DNA of 64,000 bases from Macrostomum lignano (Eukaryota), in contig NIVC01003412.1 in the NCBI GenBank assembly GCA_002269645.1, positions 35,280 through 99,279 of the forward strand, written 5' to 3'. The position numbers and the translations under genes are program-made. This document shows positions 48,715 through 60,534 of the stretch, in pieces. The notes under the pieces are model-generated. The model saw nothing but the letters and a program-made list of their open reading frames with translations, did no database searches and was not told the DNA's origin. Within the stretch, counting starts at the first letter, position 1, and each line of letters opens with the position of its first letter.

Positions 48715-48975
48715 TTCAGCCTTGACATCTCAGCGATTCCCCCCGTAAGCCTTGACATCTCAGCGATTCCCCCCGTAAGCCTTGACATCTCAGCAATTCC
48801 CCCAGTAAGCCTTGACTTCTCAGCAATTCCCCCGTAAGCCTTGACATCGCAGCAATTCCCCCGTAAGCCTTGACATCGCAGCAATTCCCCCCGTAAGCCT
48901 TGACATCGCAGCAATTCCCCCCGTAAGCCTTGACATCGCAGCAATTCCCCCCGTAAGCCTTGACGTCTCAGCAAA
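48715..48975. repeat. 30-bp minisatellite, about 9 copies
   Basis: gccttgacatc(t/g)cagc(a/g)attccccccgtaa. Confidence 0.93.
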
Positions 48976-49413
48976 TTGGATTCGAGCAATTCAGCTCTAT
49001 ATAATTAACAACGATTCGAGCGAAACAAAAGTTTCTCCGGTTTTTTTCAAAAAATTATTAGTAAAGAAACAAATTTTCTTGATAAACTATGTAGTACTAG
49101 TGCTTTTATAAAAATAACAGCTTATATTGTTACGAGCGCTAAAATTTAAAGTTATTCATGTTTACGTGCGCATATTCAGTGAGTACCTAGCGGAGCTACA
49201 GAAAAACCTTTGACAATGAATCTGAATTCTGTCACAATGGTAAGCTAGAGATAAAAAATTCATTAAAAGCTTTGCTTTCATTTAAAAACGAAGGGGACCT
49301 GATGCACACGCAGTAGAAATGAACAAAATGAGCAAATGAGCAAATATCCCATAAGCTTCTATGAAAATTAGTTAGCCTTAGAGCAGTAAAGCAGCGACAG
49401 CTCAAGCTCTTTT

Positions 49414-50548
49414 GTACATTACATTACTTTACATTACAACGACGCTAGGGTCGGGGGGCACTAGCGCGCACACGATTGCGAAAAAGAGGGGCAGGGCAGG
49501 TCGCAGCAGTCTGGGGAGTCAGTCCAATTGCCTCCAGGTCGGCAACAAGTGTCTCCCGGAGCGTCTGGGTCCGCCCTTGGCCGCGGCGGAACCGTTCGGT
49601 CGGCGGATGCAGAATGGCCAGTCCAAGCAGGTTGTCGTCGCCGCGGGCGAATCGCCGCAGGCAGTGTCCCAGCAGGGCCTGGCGGCGCCGGCGGAGGGTG
49701 GCGCTGAGGGACGGCGATTTCGATCTCGCCATCAGCTGGGCCGTCGAGAGGACGGTCGGGTAGCGCACGCCCAGCACCTTGCGCAGCAGGTTGCGGTGCA
49801 ACGCGTCCAGGGCCCGTTCTCGCGCGGTTGTCATCGGGACAGCCTCCATGCCGTAGAGAAGGATCGGCTCTACAGCGGCGCGGAACAGGTGGATCTTCAG
49901 GTCGTCACGCGCTCCGGAGGTGAAGATCGGCCTGAGGTGGTGCATGGCGCGCCAGGCCTGGGTCCTCCTGTCCGCGATGATCGCCTCTGGGCTCATCACG
50001 AGGGTGCCTAGGTAGCGGAAGTCGCTGCACGTTGAAATGGCCTCGTCGTTGGGCAGGGTCAGCGGAGGGGCATTGTCAGCACCCACGTGCAGCACCTCCG
50101 TCTTGCCTGCGTTAATCTGCAAGCCGATCCGGGCGCCTTCCTCGGAGAGTCGAGTAAGAGCGTGCTGGGCTGCTACAGGGTCTCGGCACAGCAGCGCGAT
50201 GTCATCAGCGTAGGCGAGGGCTGGGAGCGTCACGGCAGTGTGGCGGGAGCTACGCTGAGGCGCGAGGACAAAGCTGTCGTCGTCTCGAAGGCAGCGGCGC
50301 AGGATGTAGTCAACAGCCAGAATGAAAAGCAGGGGAGATAGCGTGTCCCCTTGCAGCACCCTGGAAGTGGTATCGAACTCGTCCGTGGGGCCATCGCTGG
50401 AGTCGACAAACGCCTTGGAGTTGTGGTACAGGTCCATAACTGCCGTCACTAGGGTGTCGCGGACGCCGTACTGAGCCAGGAGCCAGGCTAAGGCCGTCCT
50501 GCTGACAGAGTCGAAGGCCTTCCGGAAGTCAACCAAGACGATAGACAT
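49414..50548 (-). mobile_element. 5'-truncated LINE (RTE-like) RT with open frame and (TGTAA)n tail
   Basis: ORF 49445-50548: VDFRKAFDSVS, LQGDTLSPLLF, LAYADDI, GLQINAGKTE, FRYLG; GC-rich, no internal stops; 3' tail tgtaatgtaaagtaatgtaatgta at 49414-49438. Confidence 0.92.
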
Positions 50549-50644
50549 CTAAAATGTCTATATTTTGTAAGTCTACGCTCGTATCTTTTGTATCTTTTTG
50601 TATCTTTTCTGTATATTTTTGTATCTTTTGTCTATCTTACTAAA

Positions 50645-51160
50645 AAGTCTATCTTTTGTACAGCCATGGTTGAAAGCACTGTTCTTTAAGCCTCTGAGGC
50701 CTGGAGGCTTCGTTTTGAAGAAACTGGGACCCTCGAACCGAAGTCTAATCAAGAGGATCAATTACAGATCTTGTAAGGGAGTTCTACAAGTTGGCCGAAA
50801 TATGGATACTAACAGGACGTAATGAAGTCTAATCAAGAAAATCAATTACAGATCTTGTAAGGGAGTTCTACAAGTTTGCCGAAATATGGATACTAACAGG
50901 ACGTAATGAAGTCTAATCAAGAGGATCAATTACAGATCTTGTAAGGGAGTTCTACAAGTTTGCCGAAATATGGATACTAACAGGACGTAATGAAGCCTGC
51001 CCAAAGCTAGACAGATGTCTTTATTGTCTGTCAAAAAGAGAATTAGAGAGTTATCCAATAGTGATAAAACAAAACTATAAATCGCCCAGACTCCATGCAT
51101 CATCTTGAAACCAGTCGAGGAGCCAGTTTACACTGAGATGGGCCTTACAGCTAAAATGAA
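50645..51160 (+). mobile_element. LINE 3' remnant with an internal 84-bp triplication; inverted relative of 59270-59590
   Basis: cagccatggttgaaagca...cctctgaggcct...ctgggacc and aaatcgcccagactccat...ccagtttaca shared with the minus strand of 59270-59590; 84-bp unit gaagtctaatcaag...ggacgtaat x3 at 50740-50995. Confidence 0.55.
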
Positions 51161-51267
51161 TAGCGAAACGATGCGAAACTGTCAAGCATGGACGAGTAGC
51201 CAAACCAATCAGAACCATGGATGAATAATATAGCTGAATCGCCAAAAGCTCGATTTTTGGTCCCAAG

Positions 51268-51483
51268 CCAAGGACAACTTGATAACTCAGGACCGGAAAC
51301 GAGCCAATTCATGGCGAAAAAAGTATGAGGCTCGTTTAAAAGCATTGTTCTATGGCCCATCCGTATGCGCATGCGCTTTCGTAGCTTTGGATCGGCCATA
51401 GAACAATGCTTTTAAACGAGCCTCATACTTTTTTCGCCATGAATTGGCTCGTTTCCGGTCCTGAGTTATCAAGTTGTCCTTGG
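51268..51483. repeat. Perfect 90-bp inverted repeat with 36-bp spacer
   Basis: Arms 51268-51357 (ccaaggacaac...ctatggcc) and 51394-51483 (ggccatag...gttgtccttgg) are exact reverse complements by eye. Confidence 0.92.
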
Positions 51484-51499
51484 TAACTCAGAATGTCGA

Positions 51500-51830
51500 C
51501 ACCATGTCGACAGAATCAGTCAATGGACAGGGCTGACGGATGAGCAAGAGAGGCTAATTGATGAGGAACTACGCAATCCTACGCCGGAAGATCACGTTGG
51601 AAACCTGTTTCGTGAATTGACCGAAGAAGAAGAAGCTGGCCTACATCATGTGGAGCAAGAAAGTAAACGGAAGTCGACGGTTAAGCAAACTGAATTGCAT
51701 ATTCGCAAACTAAAAGTTTCTACGCGCGGAGAATTTACCTGATCACATCGAGAATATGCCAGTTAGGTATCTCAACTCCTATCTACGCCTGTTCTTCGTT
51801 CAGCTTAACTTTACGAGCTCGCAATCAATC
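51500..51830 (+). mobile_element. Crypton/DUF3504-like tyrosine-recombinase N-terminal relic
   Basis: LFRELTEEEEAGLHHVEQESKRKSTVKQTELHIRKL, 1-nt frameshift, then FLRAENLPDHIENMPVRYLNSYLRLFFVQL. Resembles the CryptonA/ZMYM/KCTD1 pattern (F..L.EEE...K.T.KQT...F..W...L...L..FY). Confidence 0.6.
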
Positions 51831-52451
51831 AAACTAAGGTCAGAAGGTATACCGCGTGAGAAATCGAAAGACTTGTCAATGAACTATATATCTAATGTTT
51901 ATCTCATGTTAATGTTAATATTTCATGTTAATGCTAATATTAGCTCAAAATATACACATAGTTTCTTTGTGCCCACTTGGGCCATAGACAACTTTTGCTG
52001 GCGGGCAGACATCGTTGCTTTCACCCTCGTTTCGGCAGGCTTAGGACTGCTACAATATATGGTATCACCCCCATGGATTCATTTACTTTGTCGACAGAGC
52101 GGCTGAGGGCTGCATTTATTGGCCGAGGCTTTCCCAAAGGGATTAAATGTTTTACCTAATGATTAATGAAGGTAGAGACAGGTAGAGACACACAGGAAGT
52201 TCTACCAAAATTCATCAAGGACATGATGCAATCCAGAACTGCTCTAAGGCTTCGAATCGGTACCTAGTTGGGCACGAGAATATAACTCATGTCCCGTAGA
52301 AAGTTTTATTAGCTTTTCGAATTTACATGTAGTTTTTTCTTATTTTGTATTTACTTGTTATGCAGTTTAATAGCTTAATAATATGATAAAATAAAAAAAT
52401 CAGCAACCTCGATTTGAGCGAGCATTTAATAATATTAACTATTTAAATATT

Positions 52452-52520
52452 CTTATTATTATTATTATTATTATTTTGTTATTATTATTATTATTATTAT
52501 TATTGTTATTTTATTACTAC
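52452..52520. repeat. (TTA)n microsatellite
   Basis: Imperfect TTA run. Confidence 0.9.
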
Positions 52521-53431
52521 TATTATATGTTGCATATTTGAGTAAATGAAATGAGTGAACAGAGATCTCAAACTGTCGGTGTCAGGCAGAAACGTATATT
52601 GGTAGTACAGACGTAAGTAGTAAAGCATGCTGTACAGTGACAAAAATTGTCTAGTTATGCCACAGTGGGTGTTCTATGGATGCGCGGAAGAAGTTTCTAG
52701 AGCGTTACTAGATTTTGGCATTCGGGGAGAGCATAGAAATTTCTAGAGTATGTGGGAAATAGCTATTAGTAAATTTTATAACCATGCAACTATTGTATTT
52801 GTATACATGCATAGACATCTAGAATGCATGTCTGCTGGAATTACATATATCGACACTAAAAAGAAATAGTAATTATTACAGGGTAATTTTCTTATCTTAG
52901 CGATGCCACCAAGTTGCCAAGTTGTGACGGTTTTTTTGTTCTTCTGGGGAATCGATCTCACTGTTATGCCACCAATTTGTTATTTATTGTTTGGGGATTA
53001 ATTTCACGCGTCACCAATTTGGGATAGGGGTCTTGGGGGGTTCTTGGAATGTATGGAGAATTTACTATTCTAATGCGAGTGTGAATAGTCTAAATACTCA
53101 GGTAGCGTTCAGTGTCGGAGCGGCAAGACACTATTCCTAACTAAACTAATTAAATTCAGTCGAAAGAGCTTCGCGGGGATCAGTGTTGCCTGGAGAATGT
53201 GGGTACGCGCTATTTCTAAGGGGGACTTATTGCCCCCTTAATGGGTAATTTTAGCGAGGGCAGAACGCTTAATAGGGATTGGGAAAGAGGCAAAACGCTA
53301 ATAGAATAGAGAGCTAGGGTTAGGCAAGACGCCTGGGAGCCTGAGGAGACAGCGCGTCTGGGGGATAGGCAATTAAAACGCTATTTTTAAAATGAAATAA
53401 TTCAATATAATATTTCAATATTTCAATAATA

Positions 53432-55418
53432 TGATGAGGACGCACTTTTTCCCAAATCCTGCGCTAGCACATGGGCTCGAAACTTACTAGCCTACTAACA
53501 GTGGGCGATGGGCATTTTTATCCTTTTTCTGCGATTTGTCATGGAATCTATACTAGATATAATGTCTGGCCATACTAGTAGTCATAATAACATAGGCATT
53601 GTATTTTGGGTCATAAATCATCGCTTTCGAAGCTGGTCTGACAGCCACCTGCGCCTCACTCAGTGTTGAGACGGGCGCCAGATGGTCTGAGAGGATGCGG
53701 GCGGTAGCTTTTTTCTCATCATTTTGACAGGCCATCAAGATTTATGAGGTCAGAGCCTATTGTTCGGATTCACTCAAGCGTGTGACAGCTTTGACAGCTA
53801 TGCATTTTACCCCTAAAAGTACCTTGGGATTAGCGATTAGCAATTTCTCTTCATTATCTTCACTTTCTATTTAATAAGAGCTTTCTAATGTATATTTTTT
53901 CATTAATTTCTGTCAATCCTACGCGAAAAGTCATAAATCATTTTGTTGCGATTTTGAGTGATTTATGGCCGCACCTGTCATCTTTTTACGACCCTGTGGG
54001 AACTGATAGGATCTCTCGGTCACGTGATTCTGGGTAGCAACAAGCTTAGCCAATCAGAAAATTCGGCGCTCATTTTAACAAAACGGCTCAGCCAATCAGA
54101 ATCGACGTGTTCCATTATAACAAACTGCGGTCCAGTTGGCGGCTATTTAAACCGGAGTTTTTGGCCCGCTCGGACTAACTCTTGCTCGGGCCCAGCACGC
54201 AACTTCTGGTTCCCGAAGCGCGACCGTCGTTTCTTGATCCCCGGATTGCGACTTCCCCCATCATCATCAAGGACGTATCCCCCGGTCGTCAGCAGTGAAC
54301 ATCAAGCGAAGATCATCACCTGCTAGCTATCAGCGAAGATCGTGACAGCATCATCCCGAGTCTACAGCTACAGAGCATCAAGCCGATTTGGTCACTGTGG
54401 ATTACCTGGTCTCCGGCTGTTGAGTTTCTGATTGGTTGGGTGAGAGGCTACCTAGACTTGCTTGATTGGGTGATCCCCTATCTGTCTCCTGTTTCAGTAG
54501 CTGAATTAGGCGCACACTTTTGCTCATTTTGTTCAGTAGTGCTGTTACTGAGGCAGAAGTCATTCAACAATACTGCTAGTAGTCTAAACTCCAATTCAAT
54601 CTGAAGTGTGAAGTGATCTAAGGAGAAGGTTAAATCCAACAGTTATTTTTATCGGTTTTATTTCTTTGTTCGCCGATGGCTCAGATAAGTAGCTAAGCTA
54701 GTAGGCGCCGGTCACAGTGGACCAATGGCCAGGCAGTTCTCAGTCGATCAATCAATCAAATCAGTGAGCAAAACTGCCAGAAGTGCAGAATCGGCGCCAG
54801 AGATGTACTTTGTGCACTCTAGGTTAGCCAAGCGGCTCGGGTAATGAATCATGCGGTCTCTGAAGTTCGAGTTAGTCTATCATCAGCGCTATGAGAGGCT
54901 AGTTGGCGCGTTGAAGGCCAAAAGTACCTATCTTCGTATTTAGCAATGTAATAGTACATGTAGCTACCCCATAGACTCGCCACTGCAAGAATCCCCTGCA
55001 CAAGTCCCCTCTGTACCTGCATGGCCAATGCAATCTAGTCCCAGCAGTGTCCCTTAAAATCGGCTATGACTTCGAGATTGACAGCAAAAAGACACTATAG
55101 TTGGCAGATAAGTACTAAGCCCCTTCTAGTCGGAAGCCCGATTTTGAAAGTTTCGGTGTGGTGAGCCAGGGCGTACGAGCTGGTGGCAGCGGGTTAGTTA
55201 TAATCTGCGGATTAGCTAATCTCTACCTTCAAAATTCTCCCTGCTTGTCTCTCGCTGTCCCTCTCTTAGCTATAGGACCTAGACTGCTCGCCACAGATCA
55301 AGCTACCATGGGGCTGACTATCTGACAGGAGTGGGGGGCCAGGACTCTAATTGATTTATTTCTGAGCCTGAGGTCCGAAGGCTTCCCTAACAAGGGACCC
55401 GAAGGTCGAAACCCATCA
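53432..55418 (+). mobile_element. Solo LTR (1987 bp), family 2, copy 2
   Basis: TGATG...CATCA, TSD AATA (53428-53431 and 55419-55422), inserted in an AATAT-rich tract. Confidence 0.85.
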
Positions 55419-56210
55419 AATAATATAATATTCAATATAATACAATATAATATAATATTTTATAATTCAATACTTACTATTATGCTATAATAATGCTATA
55501 AAATCGCAAGGTAAAAGCAAGTTGCGCTGTCCGTATATTTTCTGATTCTTTTTAACAGAGCAAAGCCGTGAGTGTGGTATTTAATAAAACAAAGTTTTGA
55601 CGATTCGCAGAGATATAATGTTTATCTATAAAGTATAAAAAAGGATTTGATTATATGAAAAAGGATAGTAAGATATCTAATAGAAATTTGATAAGGTATT
55701 TTTAACGCAGATGGTGTAATAACGATCCTAGCAAAAGAAAAGACTATAATTACGAACTACTTAACACTAATTACTACAAACGAGAATTATTACTATTACA
55801 CTATAGCAAATATGAATCATTTAAAAATGAATTTCTGTTTATTTTATAAAATGTTTTTCAATTGCGAATTCGCTGGTCTTGAATAACATTCGGAATCAGG
55901 GTTAAAAAACACGATGTAACGAGTACGGTATATTTACTTAGCGGAGGCTATAAAGTACCGTACTAGTAGTAGTAATAGAATAATACTAGAATCTTCAGTG
56001 TATGAATTTAATAACGTATGATCTGTTAGTACCCTGGAATAAATGACGCACGAAATAGTCAAGGACTACCTCAAGCAGTAACATACATCTACTTAAGTTG
56101 TCCTTGGAAATAGTATCAACTAAAAATTAATACGAGTGTATCTTGATTAAAGTTTTAAGAATACATTTGCTTTCTATTGAATTATCAAACAATTACAAAG
56201 ATCAAAGGAC

Positions 56211-58188
56211 TTAAACTACGCTCGTATCTGGTAGCATTTTTATATTTGCATCCAACTGTCCGAGATTCGCACTGTCCCTCTTTACTGTTCGAAGTCGTGA
56301 TATTAAGTGCAAGAAGCAAGGACACACAGCTACTTGCAGTAAACATGCAATGGCGACAGCCAAAGCACGAGCCCAAATTCCTGCACAATTCTCCTCCGGA
56401 TATTGTTTTGTTTGATTGCGAAGCATCCCTCCTGCCTGCAGAGGATATGCGTCTTTTTCCATCGACAAAACTTTTGGAATAATTTCTGGACAGAAACGGC
56501 TAATTATTCTTTTATCACTACGAGCAACTTGCGGAAATTTTATGAGCGCCAGAATCGAAGCGTCACAGCTACCGAACTCAACCAGCGCTTTGTCTGTTAC
56601 ATCCAAACTGAGATGAGCGCATGGACCGACAACAGTATTTGAGATTCTGAAATAGTTTTACCCGTAGTAGCCAATAAATGCTTTTATTTGTGACATGTTT
56701 TGGTCCCAATTTCAAAGAGTTGTAGCTGGAGCCCCTCAGCGCACAAGAGAGGTATTTTTTAAAAGCTTGAAATCTCATATCGTCTAAGTCTTGATATCTA
56801 GCTAGTTGCACTTTTCTCTAGCTCGAAAACTTCACATTGTCCAGGATGTCAAAGATCGAGCTCGTGAAGTTGTTAAAGTATGAAGTTTTAAGCCTCGCTT
56901 ACACCGAGGCCAAATAGGCTTTGTGTGTTTGACCAAATTCTGTGTGATCACCCAGACTTCATTCCTTTTACATCGGTCGTGTGATTCTATGGCAGTGTGA
57001 ATGGGCCTTTAGGTGGTTTATGAACTTTCGAGCTTGTGAAATATGGTTATTGCAGTGTTTTAACCTAACTCAAACAGATTATTTCGATGACTCACTTAAA
57101 TGTCTCAAGTGTAGATAACGGTTCTAGACCGCATCCTGCACTATTGTTTCCTCTTTTTAGCATGGACACAGTTTGATCCTGACCATCGGAGCCGAGGAAC
57201 ATGCCAAGGCGGAGTGGAGTGGTTGACTCAGATTTAGAGGCCGTCTGTACGGGTACTCAGACTCTCGAGCGATATCTACAGAATATTTAATAAGAATGTG
57301 TATTGCTCGTGGACTGAACTTTATATTAAACAAGCTGTTGTTTTTACTACAACTATTTAGCTTTAAGAATATACATCTTTAATATTATTCTACATTTACC
57401 CTCACGACACTTTTACTAGCAGGGGATGACAGGGCCAAATAAAGTAATAACATATTACTAAAAATTCGTAAGATGATAAATTTATCAATCATTGATTCGT
57501 AGTAGTTCTACGAATTTTTTCAGAACTTACTTGCTGCAACGAACTCGTTAATTTCTGCCATGCTGGCGAAGCTGGCCAGCTCGACATCACCTTCAATAGT
57601 AGACAAAGCTTCAGTTAGATTTTGTTTAAAGGCACTCACGGCGTAACAGCTACCATTGAAGCTGAGCATGTCATTGTTGCATATTCCTGGAATCGGGATC
57701 AGATAGCGAAGTCGAATTGGCGTTCTGCTCTGGATTTTTGGGTCCCATTTGATTGTGTTAGTGAAGAGGTTTCTGAAACCATAGGAAAGCAGTTTGTTTG
57801 GTTAACAGAAAACGTCGGTATAGTTTTTAACACTATTTGGAAAACTTTATTCCTGACCTTCGACGCAGTGGGTACAGTCGAAACAATCCACGCGTTGCAA
57901 CAAACGCATCTTCTTGCGAAACAACAATCAAGTCTTTACGGGCTGTTTCATTTTCTCTGACCGCGACTTGCTCGTCTGGAGTTGTCTGAATACGTAACAA
58001 TTTGAAGACTCTTCCAGGTGCTGGAGGTTCGAATACGAATTAACCATCTGCATCGTCTGTAGCTTTTGTGCTGCGTGTCCAGCTCGTTTGGAATTCTGGG
58101 CACAATCGTTTCGTCCCGATGATAGAAGTTGTCGAGTCCTACACTAGTTGTCAGACCGTTGACGCAATAATGATTGGCCGCGTCGCAG
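56211..58188 (-). pseudogene. Receptor paralogue G (divergent, two frameshifts)
   Basis: Exon 57858-58188 (331 nt, +1 nt near CRWL), 57531-57772 (242 nt; GICNNDMLSFNGSCY), 57096-57275 (5-nt duplication ccactccact), 56211-56646 (VGPC...FGSC...hydrophobic IWARALAVAIACLLQVAVCPCFLHLI). Confidence 0.72.
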
Positions 58189-59269
58189 CTGCCGTGATGA
58201 AGACACATATTTAATTAGTTTTGTATTTTTAATTTATGTAGATTCACTTCATTGCTTGCTTGACTTACAATTTGACGCAGCAAAAGTTACTCTCAAAAAA
58301 TAGCATCAAATAGATTACCACGATATGGGACCATCGAGGAGAGGCAAACTCCTAAAAGATTAAGGTACAGGCCAGTAAATTGTTAAAGAAAATACTGTAC
58401 TATTTCTTAAAACAGAAATAAATTTTTTTAAGACAGGGCGATCATTTAAAACAAGAAACAAATACTTACTATTTAATCTCGAGGAGAAAGTTTTTATCAT
58501 CTTCAATGATTAAGAAAATACGTTGAGATTGACTTTCTATTTTTAAAGATGAACTATTTGATGTCACTTCGCACTCCTTCACACCGCAAGGAACTACAGA
58601 TAGCAACACGGATTAGCAATGTAAAATGCATTAAGAATTGTACTCGTAGACAAGGTCCAGTTTTTTGTTAAAATTAAATTGAATTTTCCAGTTATTAGTA
58701 GCTAAAAACTACAATTCACCAGCAAAAAGTTAATGTTTATGGTAAGCATACTAATAATATTTCGACGTTAAAAGGCTAAAATGTGCTACAATTATCCGGA
58801 GTTTACTACGTCGTATATTTGAATCAACTGTTTTCCACTAGTTAGCCTTCGATCGGGGTTTTTTATAGCTTTGACTTGAAACGTTTTTTCTGTTGTGGTC
58901 GCCTGTGGCATTTGACTGACGGCCGTCTCGAACTTGAGCCAACTCTGGTTCTTAAGTCCATGAAGCACGCGATCTAAAATTCGAAAAAAGGTAATACACG
59001 AGCTCAATCATTTGTTGTTTCGAACAAATGGAGCTGAAAATAATCGCTCAGTACAGGTTCACTCGCCTACCCGATCTCAGCGTAAGCAGGAGCGTCTCAG
59101 AAGTCGCAGGGACGCACGCTCGTCAGCTCCATCTTGGTTAAAACCCGACAGAGTCGCTTGCTGCACCCTGCTATCTTCTCAGCTTTCTGCTTAAATCTCA
59201 GCATAATGTCTGCACCAACTGTGACAGAAAAAGTAAAAGTAGAAAAAGTACTTCCAGTGTCTCGTCAAT

Positions 59270-59900
59270 TCCATTCTAGCTGTATGTCAACCTCACTGTA
59301 AACTGGGTTCCCCGATTAGTCTCGAGATGATGGAGTCTGGGCGATTTGCTAGCGAGGCCTGGTGCTGAATAATTCTTTCTGAATTTTGTTTAAGAAAAGT
59401 CTGCCTAGCTCTCAGTGGACTCAAGGCTATCAGTATTTTGCCTAACTTGTAGAAATAGCTTGCAATATTTAAAATTCATCCTCTCGATAGGACTTTGGTC
59501 CCCGGGTCCCAGGTTTTAGGAAATGAAAGCCCCCTAGGCCTCAGAGGAATGGAGAGCCATGCTTTCAACCATGGCTGCGCAAAATTAGCGAATGAATTAT
59601 ATCGGTGCTTTACTGCACCGATAATCCAAGGCAATTTAATTTTCTTGAATGCATTATACAGGAAAAACAGTAAGGGTGAAAGGGGAAGCAAAAGTAATGG
59701 TGAATGAGAAATTAAGCCTAAAACCATGAGCCCTCTCCACTCCGTTCCACTGCTGCTCTGAAGAATCTACCAGGGCCTGTTGCTGTAGAGGCCATTGTGA
59801 CGCGAGGTACCTCGATCGAGTCGGTAGCTTTTAGTTCTGAAAGCCCTGACCGGTCGATCCTGGCGATGCTTTAGCCTTCATGATCGTAGCTTCAGGCGGA
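59270..59900 (-). mobile_element. Degenerate LINE RT remnant
   Basis: Minus frames give KASPGSTG, LPLSPLLFFLY (RT domain-4-like) and AQPWLKAWLSIPLRP, with many stops and deletions. Confidence 0.5.
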
Positions 59901-60039
59901 ACCTCATAAATATTGCTTTAGATACCACAGCCCCTATTCATACAGCAAAAATATATTACATTACTACTAAGGGCACCCGTATCCGGGTTTTTGAAGGTGG
60001 GGTGGGTGTCAACCCTCCTCGCCTCTCATTGGCTGGCGC

Positions 60040-60400
60040 TCGGCGCGCGCGCGCCGCAGGCGCGTGGCGCCAAGCGCCGACCAGCCGCAGGCGCACCCTC
60101 CCGATATGTATGTACACCCTCCCGATATGTATGCCGCAAGCGCACCCTCCCGATATGTACACCCTCCCGATATGTATGCACACCCTCCAGAGCAGCAGGA
60201 GCCCATGCCGCAGGCACCCCACTCTCCCAAGCCGCAGGCACCCCGAGTGTACACTCTCCCGAGCCAAAGGTACACTCTCCCCAGTACGGGTGTACACTCT
60301 CCCAATACAGGTGTACACTCTCCCAATACAGGTGTACACTCGCCCAATACAGGTGTACACTCTCCCAATACAGGTGTACACTCTCCCGATATGTAGTCAA
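60040..60400. repeat. Composite repeat block (cccgatatgta units plus 21-bp gtgtacactctcccaatacag array), copy 1
   Basis: Direct repeat of 62735-63105. Confidence 0.85.
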
Positions 60401-60534
60401 CGATACGTACCCCGCAGGCCCCCTATACCTCACACCCTGCCCCCCACCTAGCCTCTTCCCCTCTCTCACCCGCATCTCAACTAGCGAAATCGAACTCAGG
60501 TCGCGCCCATACTAGGCCACTACACGGTTGGGTA

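Noticed and set aside
50740-50995. Retrozyme/hammerhead array in the 84-bp triplication
   Set aside because: Has a hairpin and ggccgaaa but no CUGANGA core on either strand.
24171-55418. One 31-kb LTR retrotransposon or duplication bounded by the two family-2 LTRs
   Set aside because: Each LTR has its own matching 4-bp TSD (ATAA; AATA) and no gag-pol lies between them, so they are two solo LTRs.
60290-60396. GVHSPNT heptads resembling the RNA polymerase II CTD
   Set aside because: No Tyr1/Ser5-Pro6 consensus, no RPB1 body, equally open in other frames; it is a 21-bp DNA repeat.
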